From: Octopus vulgaris
Taxonomy: Eukaryota
Direction of reading: 5' to 3'
Assembly: GCA_951406725.2 (NCBI GenBank)
Contig: OX597816.1
Location: 74,214,001-74,278,000 of the forward strand
DNA length: 64,000 bases
The notes beneath the pieces were generated by a model. It was not told the origin of the DNA. It did no database searches and worked only from the letters and a program-made list of their open reading frames with translations. Below, piece after piece: positions 14,141-26,303 of this stretch (its first letter is position 1; each line of letters opens with the position of its first letter). The translations under genes were made by a program, and so were the position numbers.

Positions 14141-14169
14141 AATAATATATATATATATATGTACATACC

Positions 14170-14470
14170 TACATATATATGTATATATACATACATATTT
14201 GGGTACAGGACATCAAAAAACACGTGAACAAAATGAGAAACGAGAACATGAGTACCAAAAACATGGTAAGAAACAACTAGAGAAACGAGTCAAGCAACAT
14301 AAAGAAACATTCCCTTCATCAGTTATTTTGTTCTCACTGTCCTGTTTTTGTTACCACTTTAACCCTCCGCAAATCCCAAATTTGTTTAATTTGCTTTGCG
14401 GGAACGACTGTTTTAGCGAAGTCGCGTTTTGTCCCTACGTTCGAAACGCGGAGTAGATAAAACAGGGGAC
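14170..14470. mobile_element. Internally inverted copy of the permuted-hammerhead element
   Basis: 14325-14470(+) ends ...CAGGGGAC; 14324-14170(-) begins AACUGAUGAAGGG. Confidence 0.65.
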
Positions 14471-14521
14471 GTAAATACACCAACATCGATGGTCAAGCGA
14501 TGGGGGTGGGACAAATACAAA

Positions 14522-14564
<43 letters not shown>

Positions 14565-15172
14565 ACATACATATATATATATATTCTGAGTCGTCCAATG
14601 GATCATAATGTAATCTTTGTATTGTCCTTTGTGCACCCTGAGGATTTTCCTTCCAAAGTATTTTAAAATGCAAAATTATATATTTATATGTTTCGTAGTT
14701 TTTATTCTGGATGTGAAATGAAACAATTGTAGGTGAACATGTTAATTAATTAATCGATTAATCTGTATTGATTAAATCTCTCTGTTTTCAAACTTAATTA
14801 TATCCATTCACAAGGTTTTGGTCGGCCCGATGCTATTGTAGAAGACATTTGCTCAAGGTGTCATGCAGTGGGACTGAACCCGAAACCATGCGGTTGGAAA
14901 GCAAGCTTCTTACCGCACAGCCACGCCTAAGGGTGTATAATTCTCCATTCTTTTCCATGATGTCTTGGTTATATACTCTATATTCTGTATGAAATTCACA
15001 TGAAGTGACGGGATTTCCTTATCCAGCGAAGTACTGTTTAATTATCTATCTTAAAATATTTCTGTATACACCGTCATTCGATTCGGTTAGACAGATCTAG
15101 ATTAAATCACAGCGCTAATAAAGTACCTGCTCGAATTCCAAATCCTTATTTCTTTATGATGCATGTGTATGT

Positions 15173-15275
<103 letters not shown>

Positions 15276-16053
15276 TCGTTAGCTACTACACACATTTTTT
15301 TCTCTCCTTGTTTTTTTTTCTGTGTATCTTTCTATAGAAGAGTGTAGGCTCAAAACGTAAAAGACTTTTTTCTATTCCTGAGCGCTATACTAATACATCT
15401 GTTTGTTTGTACACCACCTGCCTTCGTCTTTTGTTTATTTTCGTAAACTTTCCCTTTATATATATATATTTCATTATATTATATGAGACGAATTGGTTTC
15501 TAAAAGACCCAAAGAGTGGCAAGTAACGCTAAGTAAGTGCTATGGACAGAGCATAGTTAAATTCTTGGTTCGATAATGATACGAGTGAGGAGTCTAATGT
15601 GAGTCTTGTATTAGCATGGATATATATATTATATTATACTATATTATATTACATTATATTATGTTATATTATAAGAGTTGTAGAGTATATAAAAATATTT
15701 TTACAAAGTGCAACATTATCTGATACACAACACGATACAGTGAATGGAGTAGACAGATATAGTCAAGATATGAAAAGTTGACAGTCAACTCCGAGTTTTG
15801 CCCACACCTACAAACACAGTATGTCCCTGTTTTAAATCTGAATCCAGAATGATATTTAACATTTAACAAACCACTCACCAACTTGTAAATAACACCCAAC
15901 TAACTTTAAGGATATTACGAAACCCGTCTTTCTACCTCATAGTCGCGATCAACAGCGGGTGGGCCGCTAAGAAGACTGTCAACTTTTAACACACACAAAC
16001 GCATACACACACACACTCACATACATAGACACGCATATGTACGTGTGTGTATG

Positions 16054-16126
<73 letters not shown>

Positions 16127-16270
16127 CATATATGTATATACATAAGTATACCTATATAGGTATATACATATTTATAATCGTTAAAGAGGACAGCGATCCG
16201 TTACACCACTTACCTAGAGTACCTAATCGCTTAGATCACTTGTGAACTAACCCCACCCCTACTTTTTATA

Positions 16271-16325
<55 letters not shown>

Positions 16326-16400
16326 GTAGGTAGATAGATAGATAGATAAACTTACTTGGAAATGGATGCGTGGCGTTCAAGCATATAATAATGTAAATAA

Positions 16401-16491
<91 letters not shown>

Positions 16492-16694
16492 TATATATAT
16501 ATATGCATATATACATACATATATGTACATACTTACATATATATGTATATATATGTGCGTATATGGGTACAGGACGTCACAAAACATAAACAACATGAAA
16601 TACGAAAACATGGAATACGAACTGTTTTATGCGAGCAACGAAAGAAACAAATGGAAAAATGAGACAAGTAACATAAAGAACGACCATTCATCAG

Positions 16695-16761
<67 letters not shown>

Positions 16762-16785
16762 TACATATATATATATATACATATA

Positions 16786-17150
16786 TAGAAGCATTATTGT
16801 TCCTAAATCTTGCAATGAGAGATATTTAGTAGCATTACTTTAAAGTAAAAGTTATTTGCCAACCTAATGTGGCAGTCCCGTTTGGGACGAATACTACTGT
16901 TGTTTAGCCCCAGGAGACATCACCTCGAGCTGGTTATACGACACACAATCTGTGTCCTTATATTTTCGAACAGAGGAGATTAGCACCCCCACCCAGCACA
17001 AAGCAGCACAGTTTCAAGGTTATTTCCCTTCGTCGACGCAGAATAACTCCTTGGCTGAGATGACGCTGCTAAAACCTTGTCTCAGCGATGGGCGAATCAC
17101 TGACAGATGTACTCATAATTATAATAATTCTTTCCAACACGTCCATAAGT
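16786..17150 (-). mobile_element. Degenerate retrozyme-like monomer
   Basis: Conserved domain (tagccccaggag...gacaca...tgtgtccttata) and decayed hammerhead UCGACGA-AGGG-AAAUAA-CCUU-GAAA at ~17003-17039. Confidence 0.55.
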
Positions 17151-17599
17151 CACAAATGACTGGAAGAGGGTACAGTCGATTTAATTGGTCCTCAAACTAT
17201 ACTTTATAGATGACCACCGAAGACTAAAAAGAACAAGGTCGATTCTGTTAATATTTCAACACAAAACTTGAGATGCATCAGTATTTCGCCCTCTAATCCA
17301 CTGTTTCCGCCATTTTGCTTAGATGGCTAAAAACCTGTAGACAAGTATGAATAAAATTTCTGGAAGTGAAATAGTAGCAGTAACGTCATGCGAAACAGTT
17401 AACCTTAATAGCATAACGTAATGATAATTGTGCAGACGTGCATGGCTGACTGTACATGAAAGAATGGGAAATATTGTTGATATAACTTTAATGACTTTTA
17501 ACTAACGATGAACTTTACATTCGTGTGTGTGTGTAATATAAGTATATATTGTAGAACGTATATTTTATATATACATACATAAATACGTACGTAATCTGG

Positions 17600-19622
17600 T
17601 TGACTGACCAAGCAGTTCCCGTTGGGCTTCCCAAAAAGAAGAAACACAAGTCCTGGGTGATGACGAAGGTTAAACGAGAACTTCGACTCAGAGATATTGC
17701 TTGGGCTGAATTCAAAAATCTAGATTCGACTGCGGCTTTTGAGGTGTACAAAACTCAACGAGACCGAGCCGTGAAAATTGAAAAGGAAGAGCGCTTCAGA
17801 TATGAATACAGAATCGCGGCAAACGCCAGTCGCAATCCAAAAACCTTCTTTGTCCATGTCCAACGGAATTCCCGCTTGAACAACCAAATTGCAACGTTGG
17901 TAGACTCAACAGGCGTATCGATTGAGGACCCTTATCAACAGAGTCAATTATTTTCCGAGGCTTTTTCAACAATTGTCAAACAAGATGATGGTCGTGAACC
18001 CCCTCCAGTTGATAGATCGGTACCTCCAACGCCTAGATTGGTCATCACTCGGGACGAAGTCGAACGCGTTATTCAAGGCCTCGATGTCAACAAAGGTCAC
18101 GGCCCTGACGGCATACACCCACAGGTTATCAAAGCGTTGGCTCTGGTCATCTGCGAACCTTTAACACTTCTATTCAATATGTCATTGGCGACGGGTGTTA
18201 TACCTGCGGACTGGAGAACAGCGATAATCTGCCCTATTTTCAAGAAAGGGAGCCGCGAAGACCCGCTTAACTGCCGACCGGTTTCCCTTACTTCAATATT
18301 CAGCAAGATGTTCGAAACCATCCTTAAGAAAAGTATGTTGCTCCACCTCCAAAACACAGCCTCTATCTCTGATTCCCAACACGGCTTCGTGCCGAAGAGA
18401 TCATGCTTCACCAACTTACTGGTAATGGAAGAATTGGTGACGCGTATCCTGGATGATGGTGATGCTGTGGACATCGTTTTATTGGACTTTGCCAAAGCTT
18501 TTGACTCGGTTAACCACCGCCTATTACTTGTCAAGCTTCAAGCATATAGTTTCCATCCGGATATTGTACGATGGGTTGGTGCCTTCCTCTCAGATCGCTC
18601 CTTCCAAGTCCAAGTTCACTGTCCGACGTCTCCAGTGCGAGCAGTGGCGTGCCTCAGGGTTCAGTGCTCGGGCCCTTATTGTTTTTAGTCTTCATAAATG
18701 ACTTGCCCGACGACCTCACGCAACACACCCTTCTATTTGCCGATGATGTCAAATTGGTCGCTCCTCGCGGTGATATAGATGATCTTCGTCGATGCCTCCA
18801 CCAAGTTTGGAGATGGACTAACGAATGGGACCTGTGTCTGAACGTGTCAAAGTGCTGTCATCTGCCTGTTGGCTCTTCTCCTGCAACTCAACTTGATTTC
18901 GAGCCGGGTCGTCTGCTGCTGGAGAGGACCGACCAGGTAAAGGACCTGGGTATCTTGGTGGATTCTTCTTTTTCGCCTTCGGCCCAGTGCATCCATGCTG
19001 CCAACAAAGCACGCGGAGTTCTGTTTTTGATTCGACGGTCATTCGGAATGCTCACAGCAGCCATATTCCTACCGCTATATGTCACGCTGGTGAGACCCAT
19101 ATTGGAGTACGGGATTCAAGCCTCTTCTCCTTATCTCCTCAAAGACGTACATCATCTCGAAAGAGTCCAGAAGCTGGCTACCTGCACGGTTCTTGATCTC
19201 AAGCATTTGTCTTATGAAGAAAGGCTGAAGACGCTCGACCTTTATTCTCTAGAAAAACGACGACGCCGTGGTGATCTCATTCTTGCTCACAACATCATAA
19301 GCGGAAAGTGTAACCTCTCGAAAGAGCTGTTCTTCACTCCTGCTTCAGAGCGTCGGCTGCGGAGTCACTCCGAAAAGCTCTATCTGCGACGATTTCATCT
19401 CAATCGAAGGAGAGGGGCTTTCTCCGTCCGGGTTGCGGATCCGTGGAATAAGCTGCCGGACGAGATAGTGAAGATGCCGACGACCGCTCGGTTCAAAGTC
19501 TCTCTTGACCAGAAATGGCCTGAACTCTTTGCATGAACACCCTCCCTGTACATAACTCCATGCCCCCCTACATGGCCTTGCTTTTTGCTTTTTGAGCCAA
19601 AAAAATTAACTTAACTCAACTT
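17600..19622 (+). mobile_element. 5'-truncated CR1/L2-group LINE, ORF2 reverse transcriptase with one frameshift near 18620
   Basis: GPDGI, RPVSLTSIFSK, QHGF, DFAKAFDSV, GVPQGSVLGPLLFLVFINDL, LFADD, FSVRVADPWNKLP; short 3' UTR with (aactt)n-like tail. Confidence 0.95.
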
Positions 19623-19739
19623 ATATATATATATATATATATATTCTGGCCAAAAATTTGGAAAGAAAAATGGAATTTCAACCAGAATACAACAGAGAGA
19701 GAATACTGTACTAACACTAACAGTAAAACATACAAAATT

Positions 19740-20601
19740 GATAAGAGACAATTTTCGCTATAGTAACAGGCAAACTGCAGAGCCTGAAGGCTCCTGGAAG
19801 GGACCTAATAGTTGGATATTGGTATAAGAAGCTGACATTTTATAGAAACTAATTGATATGTATGTTCAAAAGGACTATGGAAGGTCAGACTGGCTTGCTA
19901 CAGCAAGGACAAATCTTGTTGCCAAAAATGAAATCACCGAGATGGCAGGAGACTACAGGCCCGTTGGTTGCCTAAACATTATGTACAAACTACACAAGTT
20001 ACCTCAACCAATTCCTCCAGGACCATTGTGAGTCGAACAATATTGTGACTGAAGAACAGGCTGGTGGAAAGAAGGGAGTGTGGAGTTGTGTCGAACAGCT
20101 TTTAATAAACGAAGCTATATTGTCTGAAGTAAGAAAACAGCGTAGAAACCGTGTTACAATATGACTTGACTATAAGAAGGCATTCGACTCTATCCCTCAT
20201 TCATGGTTGTTGGAGTGCTTACACCTGGCAAAGGTATCCACCACTCTAATTGCTGCTATAGGGAGACTCACAAATGCATGGACAACTATTCTTACCATTA
20301 CAATTGCGAACAGAATAATTGTGTCTAATAGTATAGGCATTACAAAGGGGATATTCCAGGGAGATAGTCTTTCTGTACTTCTTTTCATTTTGGCACTGAA
20401 TCTATTATCGTTACTACTGCAGAAAACAAATGGTTACATGCTAGAATCTTCAACTGCTAGAAATATCAATGTAATTCATAATTTCTTTGAAGACTGGGAT
20501 TTTCAGAAAGAGAAATTGACCAGTTAGTTCGTACATTACAAGTGCAATCTGTGAGTGAAACTGTAAAAGTATGCAAGACTTTTCTCACGTTCCAAATGTG
20601 A
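19740..20601 (+). pseudogene. R4/Dong-like non-LTR retrotransposon RT relic with internal deletion
   Basis: DYRPVGCLNIMYKL, EEQAGGKKG..SCVEQLLIN, LDYKKAFDSIPHSWL, GIFQGDSLS.LLF.LALN. Confidence 0.85.
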
Positions 20602-21005
20602 ATTTGGTTGTGTTAACTACATCCCAAAGATGGAGCCTTGTATCTTTGTTGGAAACCCGCTCCCTCTTCAATGGAAGATCTATAATAATTAAAAATTGAA
20701 GAGAGACATACATCCAAGCACACAAATTAATCTATATTCCTAAGTACATTTATATACATATATCCATAAAATAATAAAGACAGCTTATCAATGAGTTATG
20801 AATAAGTAATTGTGTACCATGTTCTCCGATAGAACTTTCTTGACAACCTTATAGATAAAAAAAAACATTGATTAAAGAACAAACATCAAATTCGAGTCAA
20901 CGACTTTATGTAACACCACGCTTCCATACATTTGATCAAATAATTAAATTGGTTCTGCAGCCGTTTTGCAACTCTTGTGAACGACTAATTGTTGAGATTC
21001 CTGTT

Positions 21006-21082
21006 CATCCTGATGAGGGGGTCATCGCTGAAATGCACCGTAATCGGAACGCGGCAGTAAACTCCCGAAGTGGTTATAGATG
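21006..21082 (+). ncRNA. Degenerate type I hammerhead with long stem II insert
   Basis: CAUC-CUGAUGA-GGGGGU...ACUCCC-GAAG-UGGUUA-UA-GAUG; A15.1 replaced by G. Confidence 0.55.
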
Positions 21083-21484
21083 TGCTTTGACTTGATTTTG
21101 TAGAATTCTCTAACGCTCCTTGGACTTCAACCTCCATGGTTTTTTATGAAACGAATTTTTTGACATATTTTTAATTGAGGGAAGTAAAAACTTTTTTTAG
21201 TCGATTGATATTTTTAAAATATTTTTAAAAAGTTTTTTGCTCACCTGACACGCTTTAGTAATTCATTTTGATTATTTTTAGTTGGTTGTATACACCGCCT
21301 TGAGAGGCTGTTCTATATATTTGTATTTTTATTTGCATATATATATTTTACCTTCTGTATTTTTTATATATGTATTCTTTATATGTTAAAGGCCATGGTA
21401 GTATTTATATATGATCAAATGCATGGAGGCGTGGTGTTATATAAAGTCGTTGACTCGAATTTCATGTTTGTTCTCTAATCAATG

Positions 21485-21537
<53 letters not shown>

Positions 21538-21540
<3 letters not shown>

Positions 21541-21922
21541 AATAATAAATCTCCCAGCGAAGTATAAACAGTAGCTGCTACTGTTTATACCTCGCTCAGA
21601 GATTTATTATTGCTTGTCTACACTTTTTCGATATCAGTAACTTTTCGTCACTGGAAAAAGGATTTATATTTGCAAGAGGAGGCCTACTTTTCATCGACAC
21701 CCGATGATTGTCACATGCTGATGACGGGTCAATACCCAGAAACTCGAGTCTGTGTGTATCATAGGTTGAAGACGGGAAGGATGGCTTCCCTTTGCAAATA
21801 CTGATAGGGCACAGAAAGTATGTCAATAGCCAGCTGGAGGAGGTATCCTCCTGGGGCTACAAGCTACAGTAACATCCACCCTTATGGGGTTAGCCACATT
21901 TAAGTGGCAAATATACTTCACG

Positions 21923-21925
<3 letters not shown>
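21538..21925 (+). mobile_element. ~390-bp retrozyme-like monomer between (TA)n and (CA)n
   Basis: Contains the hammerhead at 21712-21756 and the conserved downstream domain at 21805-21860. Confidence 0.7.
21712..21756 (+). ncRNA. Type I hammerhead ribozyme
   Basis: CACAUG-CUGAUGA-CGGGU-CAAU-ACCCA-GAAA-CUCGAG-UC-UGUGUG; palindromic stem III, GUC triplet, stem I extendable (augau/aucau). Confidence 0.8.
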
Positions 21926-21960
<35 letters not shown>

Positions 21961-21965
<5 letters not shown>

Positions 21966-22162
21966 GGGACGTTCGCCTACACTCTTTTTCTCCCGTCGCA
22001 CGCCACTTCCGCTCGGCCGGCCATTCCCGAGATGACATCTCAGTGTTTGGTCTCGCCCCCCACTATGGTCGCCCACTTTCCAGGCTCCACTTGGAGCAAC
22101 GCTACATCTTCACCCTACAAACTACCACCCCACACGGACTTAACACAGCCCCCTCCTCTTGA
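21961..22162 (+). pseudogene. Penelope-like element GIY-YIG endonuclease C-terminus
   Basis: SPVARHFRSAGHSRDDISVFG...RLHLEQRYIFTLQTTTPHGLN, the typical PLE C-terminal E...I..L.T..P.GLN pattern. Confidence 0.75.
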
Positions 22163-22194
22163 GATCGGTTTTTTTTTTTTTTTTTTTTTTTCCG

Positions 22195-24950
22195 GACACA
22201 CCACCCACACACACCCACCCACCTACCTCCCACCCACCTACCTCCCACACGCCTGTTCACACACACACATACGTAGACCCATCTACGTACATACATTCAC
22301 ACATTTAATCACACACACTTACAGACACACATGCACATACACACACACATACATACATACACACACGCATACATACTTACACACACACACACACACACAC
22401 AGACATACATACACACATACACACACACATACATACGCACATACATACACACACACTCACACACACACACCGCACGTACATACTTCACACACACACACAC
22501 ACCGCACGTACATACTTCACACACACACACATGTACACATACATGTAGGCACATACATACATACATACCCACACATGCACACCCGTACACTGAATGCACA
22601 CACACATACACCTTTTTGCATCCAGGCAGCCCCCCCCTCTTTTCTGCTTTCCGGTTTTGGCTGATGGATCCTCGGTTCCCGCGTAGCGGGGCGTTCGAGG
22701 GCCTTTGCGCTCGCGCGCCTTTGCGCTCGCGCGCCTTGGCGCGCGCTGGGGGCTCGGTCGGCCCCTTTGGGCTTGCGTTGTACTGCTTGTGCGCTGTGTG
22801 CGTGAGCGCGCTTCGTGTGTGTGGGCTTGCTTCGGATGTGCGCATGCGTATGTTTGCATACATACCCACACACTCGCATGCATCCCTACCCACATACATA
22901 CACGCACACCTACTCACACACACACATACACACACACACATACCCGCACACACACACACATACATACATACACACACATACCCACTTCAGACATACACAC
23001 ACACAGACATACACCCATACACCCACACTCACACGCATACACACACACACATACACACGCACACGTACACATACACACACACACACACCTACATACATAC
23101 ATTACACTTGTATACACACACACTTACATTCATACACACACACACCTACACAGCCATACCCTCACTCAGACACACACATCTACCTACACACACACACAAA
23201 CACACACTGACACACACCCATACATACATACATCTACACACTCACGCCTACACACATACATACACACATACATAAACACACACACATACACATACACACA
23301 CATACGCACACACGCATATACTTATACACATGCACACACACACACATACATACATACACCCATATACATACACACACACATACCTACATACTCCTATACG
23401 CACATACATACACACAGACATACACACATACACACTCACACAAACATACACACACACATACTTACACACACACTCACCTGCACGCGCACACACATGCATG
23501 ACAAACACCCATACACTCACACTCACATACGCACACACCAACATAAACACGCACACGCACACACACACCTACACTCCCACACACACCTACACTCCCACAC
23601 ACATACACACGCACCTACATACACACACGCACGCATACACACGCATACACACATACATTACACACGTACACACACACCTACATACACATGCATACACACA
23701 CACACACAAACATGCACGGACACACCCAGACATACATACATACACCTATATACACACGCCCACACACCTACATACACACACATATACACACGCCCACACA
23801 GCTACATACACACACATACATACACAGATACACGGACACACCCATACATACTTACATACATACACCTATACACACACGCCTACACACCTACACACACACA
23901 TGCATACACACACACATGTACGCACATACACACACATATACGCACACACATATATACCCACACACATGCACACTCACACATACGCACATACATGCACGCA
24001 TGCACACGCGCACACCTACACGCATACACACACACACACGCACGTACACATACATACATACACACACGCATACATACACCCATACACATACATGCATCCT
24101 ACACACACATACATACACACTCACACATACATACACACACACGCACTCACTCACACACCTGTATGTTCGCGCACACACATGCACATACACACACTTCCCA
24201 CACCCACACGTACATACATACACACTCATACACATACACACACACACACACACACGGACATACATCTATGCACATACATATATACACACATACTCACATA
24301 CATTCATCGGACACACTGCCACCCAGACATACACACAGACACACTCACACATCCACACACACACATACGTACGCGCACACTCGCAGGCGCGCGCACACAC
24401 GCGCTTGCGCCGGTTCGCGCACGCATGCGCGCCGCATGCACCTCGCCCTTGGACCCGACGAGACCTCCCGCCCGTTCCTGGGATGTCGCTTGTCGTTGGG
24501 TTTTCCCACGCCCGTCTCCGCGGGACCACTCTTCCATCTTCCCCTCCGCTGGAGTCCTTTTCCTTAACCCCCCCCCCTTTTTTTCGTTACACACACGCGC
24601 ACACATATACACACATTGCTTAAACATATACATTACTCTTACACACATTCAATCTACTCGCCACTAATACTACCACGACACTGGACACACACACACACTA
24701 CTACTCAACACACGCTGGCACGTACATACGCCCCCACCCCTTCCCCTCCCTCCCTTCCTCCTTCCTCCCTTTTCTTACTACTGACCTTTGTCTGCTATGC
24801 TGCTGCTATGCTGACCACCGTCTCGCCCTACCTCACACGCCTACACACAGACGCACACACTAACACATACATATATTTTTTGTTTTTTTATCTCGCCTCA
24901 CACACACACATACACACACGCACACGCACACACTCACACATACACACACA
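22195..24950. repeat. Degenerate (CA)n field with two GC-rich islands
   Basis: About 2.7 kb CA-rich sequence; islands at ~22620-22860 and ~24370-24570. Confidence 0.9.
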
Positions 24951-25120
24951 TCTGTTGCGTTACCAACCTTGTCTCCACTCTTTTGCCTTTAAAAACCCAC
25001 TTTGCTCTTGTTATCGTAAACATCCGCCTTTCACCATGTGTAACTCCTAACACCAGTCGTTTTTTTCTCTATCTCCGTTGCCCGCTCCGGGATCTTTCTT
25101 TCTCTCTCTTCCTTCTTTAT

Positions 25121-25155
25121 GTTTCCGACGAAGAGCTCCGCTCGAAACGTCATAC
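25121..25155 (+). ncRNA. Minimal hammerhead, U4C core variant
   Basis: GUUU-CCGACGA-A-GAGC-UCC-GCUC-GAAA-CG-UC-AUAC. Confidence 0.65.
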
Positions 25156-25241
25156 CTCCCTGCTTCCATTTCCTGAGCGCCTATTAATAATAATACTGTA
25201 ATTGTTCCATTGTTGTTGTTTTTTTGTTTCCCGTTTGGATT

Positions 25242-25292
<51 letters not shown>

Positions 25293-25387
25293 ATCCAAAC
25301 AAAGAAGAACAAATAAGAAAAGACAATAACGAGAGGACGTGGTACAAGTACTGTATTATCAGACGCTCAGGGAAGGAAGTGAAGAGG

Positions 25388-25422
25388 ATTTAACGTTTCG
25401 AGCCATGCTCTTCTTCAGAAAT
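25388..25422 (-). ncRNA. Minimal (dimer-type) hammerhead
   Basis: AUUU-CUGAAGA-A-GAGC-AUG-GCUC-GAAA-CG-UU-AAAU. Confidence 0.75.
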
Positions 25423-25685
25423 AGAGGAAAGTCCAAAGGAAGGGAAGGCGGAGGAAGAAAATCGCCAACGATACACACGCGGTTACGTTTTGAATTGACC
25501 GGATGTATGTAGATAAATAGACATACAAAGACAAAAACAACTTGTTTCAATTCTACGAGAGATATGCAGTAACAGTACCAAATAGTAAAGTTTATTTGCC
25601 AACATGTGGCAACGACAATATTACTGTCTTTTAGCCCCAGAAAAACATCTTTTCCAGTTGGCTGCCGATACACAGTTTATGCTTG

Positions 25686-25744
<59 letters not shown>

Positions 25745-25751
25745 ATCTATA

Positions 25752-25823
<72 letters not shown>

Positions 25824-25844
25824 TGTATGTATGTATGTATATAT

Positions 25845-26025
25845 ATAGGGAGAGTTTACGAAAAAAACAAAAGACGAAGACAGGTGGTGTACAAAACAAA
25901 CAAATGTATTAGTATAACGCTCAGGAATAGAAAAAGTATTTTACGTTTCGAGTCTACGCTCTTCTACAGAAAGGGACACAGAAAAAACAAGGAGAGAAAA
26001 AAATGTGTGTAGTGGCTAAGATACG
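25845..26025 (-). mobile_element. Short element with hammerhead-like variant (CUGUAGA core)
   Basis: UUU-CUGUAGA-A-GAGCGUAGACUC-GAAA-CG-UA-AAA; related copies at 15275-15458(+) and 42450-42625(-). Confidence 0.55.
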
Positions 26026-26261
26026 ACAAAAAGAAATACCAGAAAATACAGGAAAGTTTAGAAAGTATAAAAATAAAGTAATGATAATAATAACAGTTTT
26101 ACGTAAAGTTCAAAGGTTTTTAGACGTCGTGGTGTATTGCAAGGAATTCTCATCAAGAGTAGAGTCCACAGTGATCCGAAGGTAGGAGAGGTGCAGCCGG
26201 AGAAGTTCGTGTGTGGTAAGAAATTACAGGATCAACATGCGCGACCACGTGAGTGTATGAG

Positions 26262-26303
<42 letters not shown>

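Noticed and set aside
17600-19536. LINE RT as the active enzyme for the ribozyme elements, or a programmed frameshift
   Set aside because: The copy is 5'-truncated with a simple frameshift and shares no 3' tail with the small elements; Penelope-like RTs are the better-supported partners.
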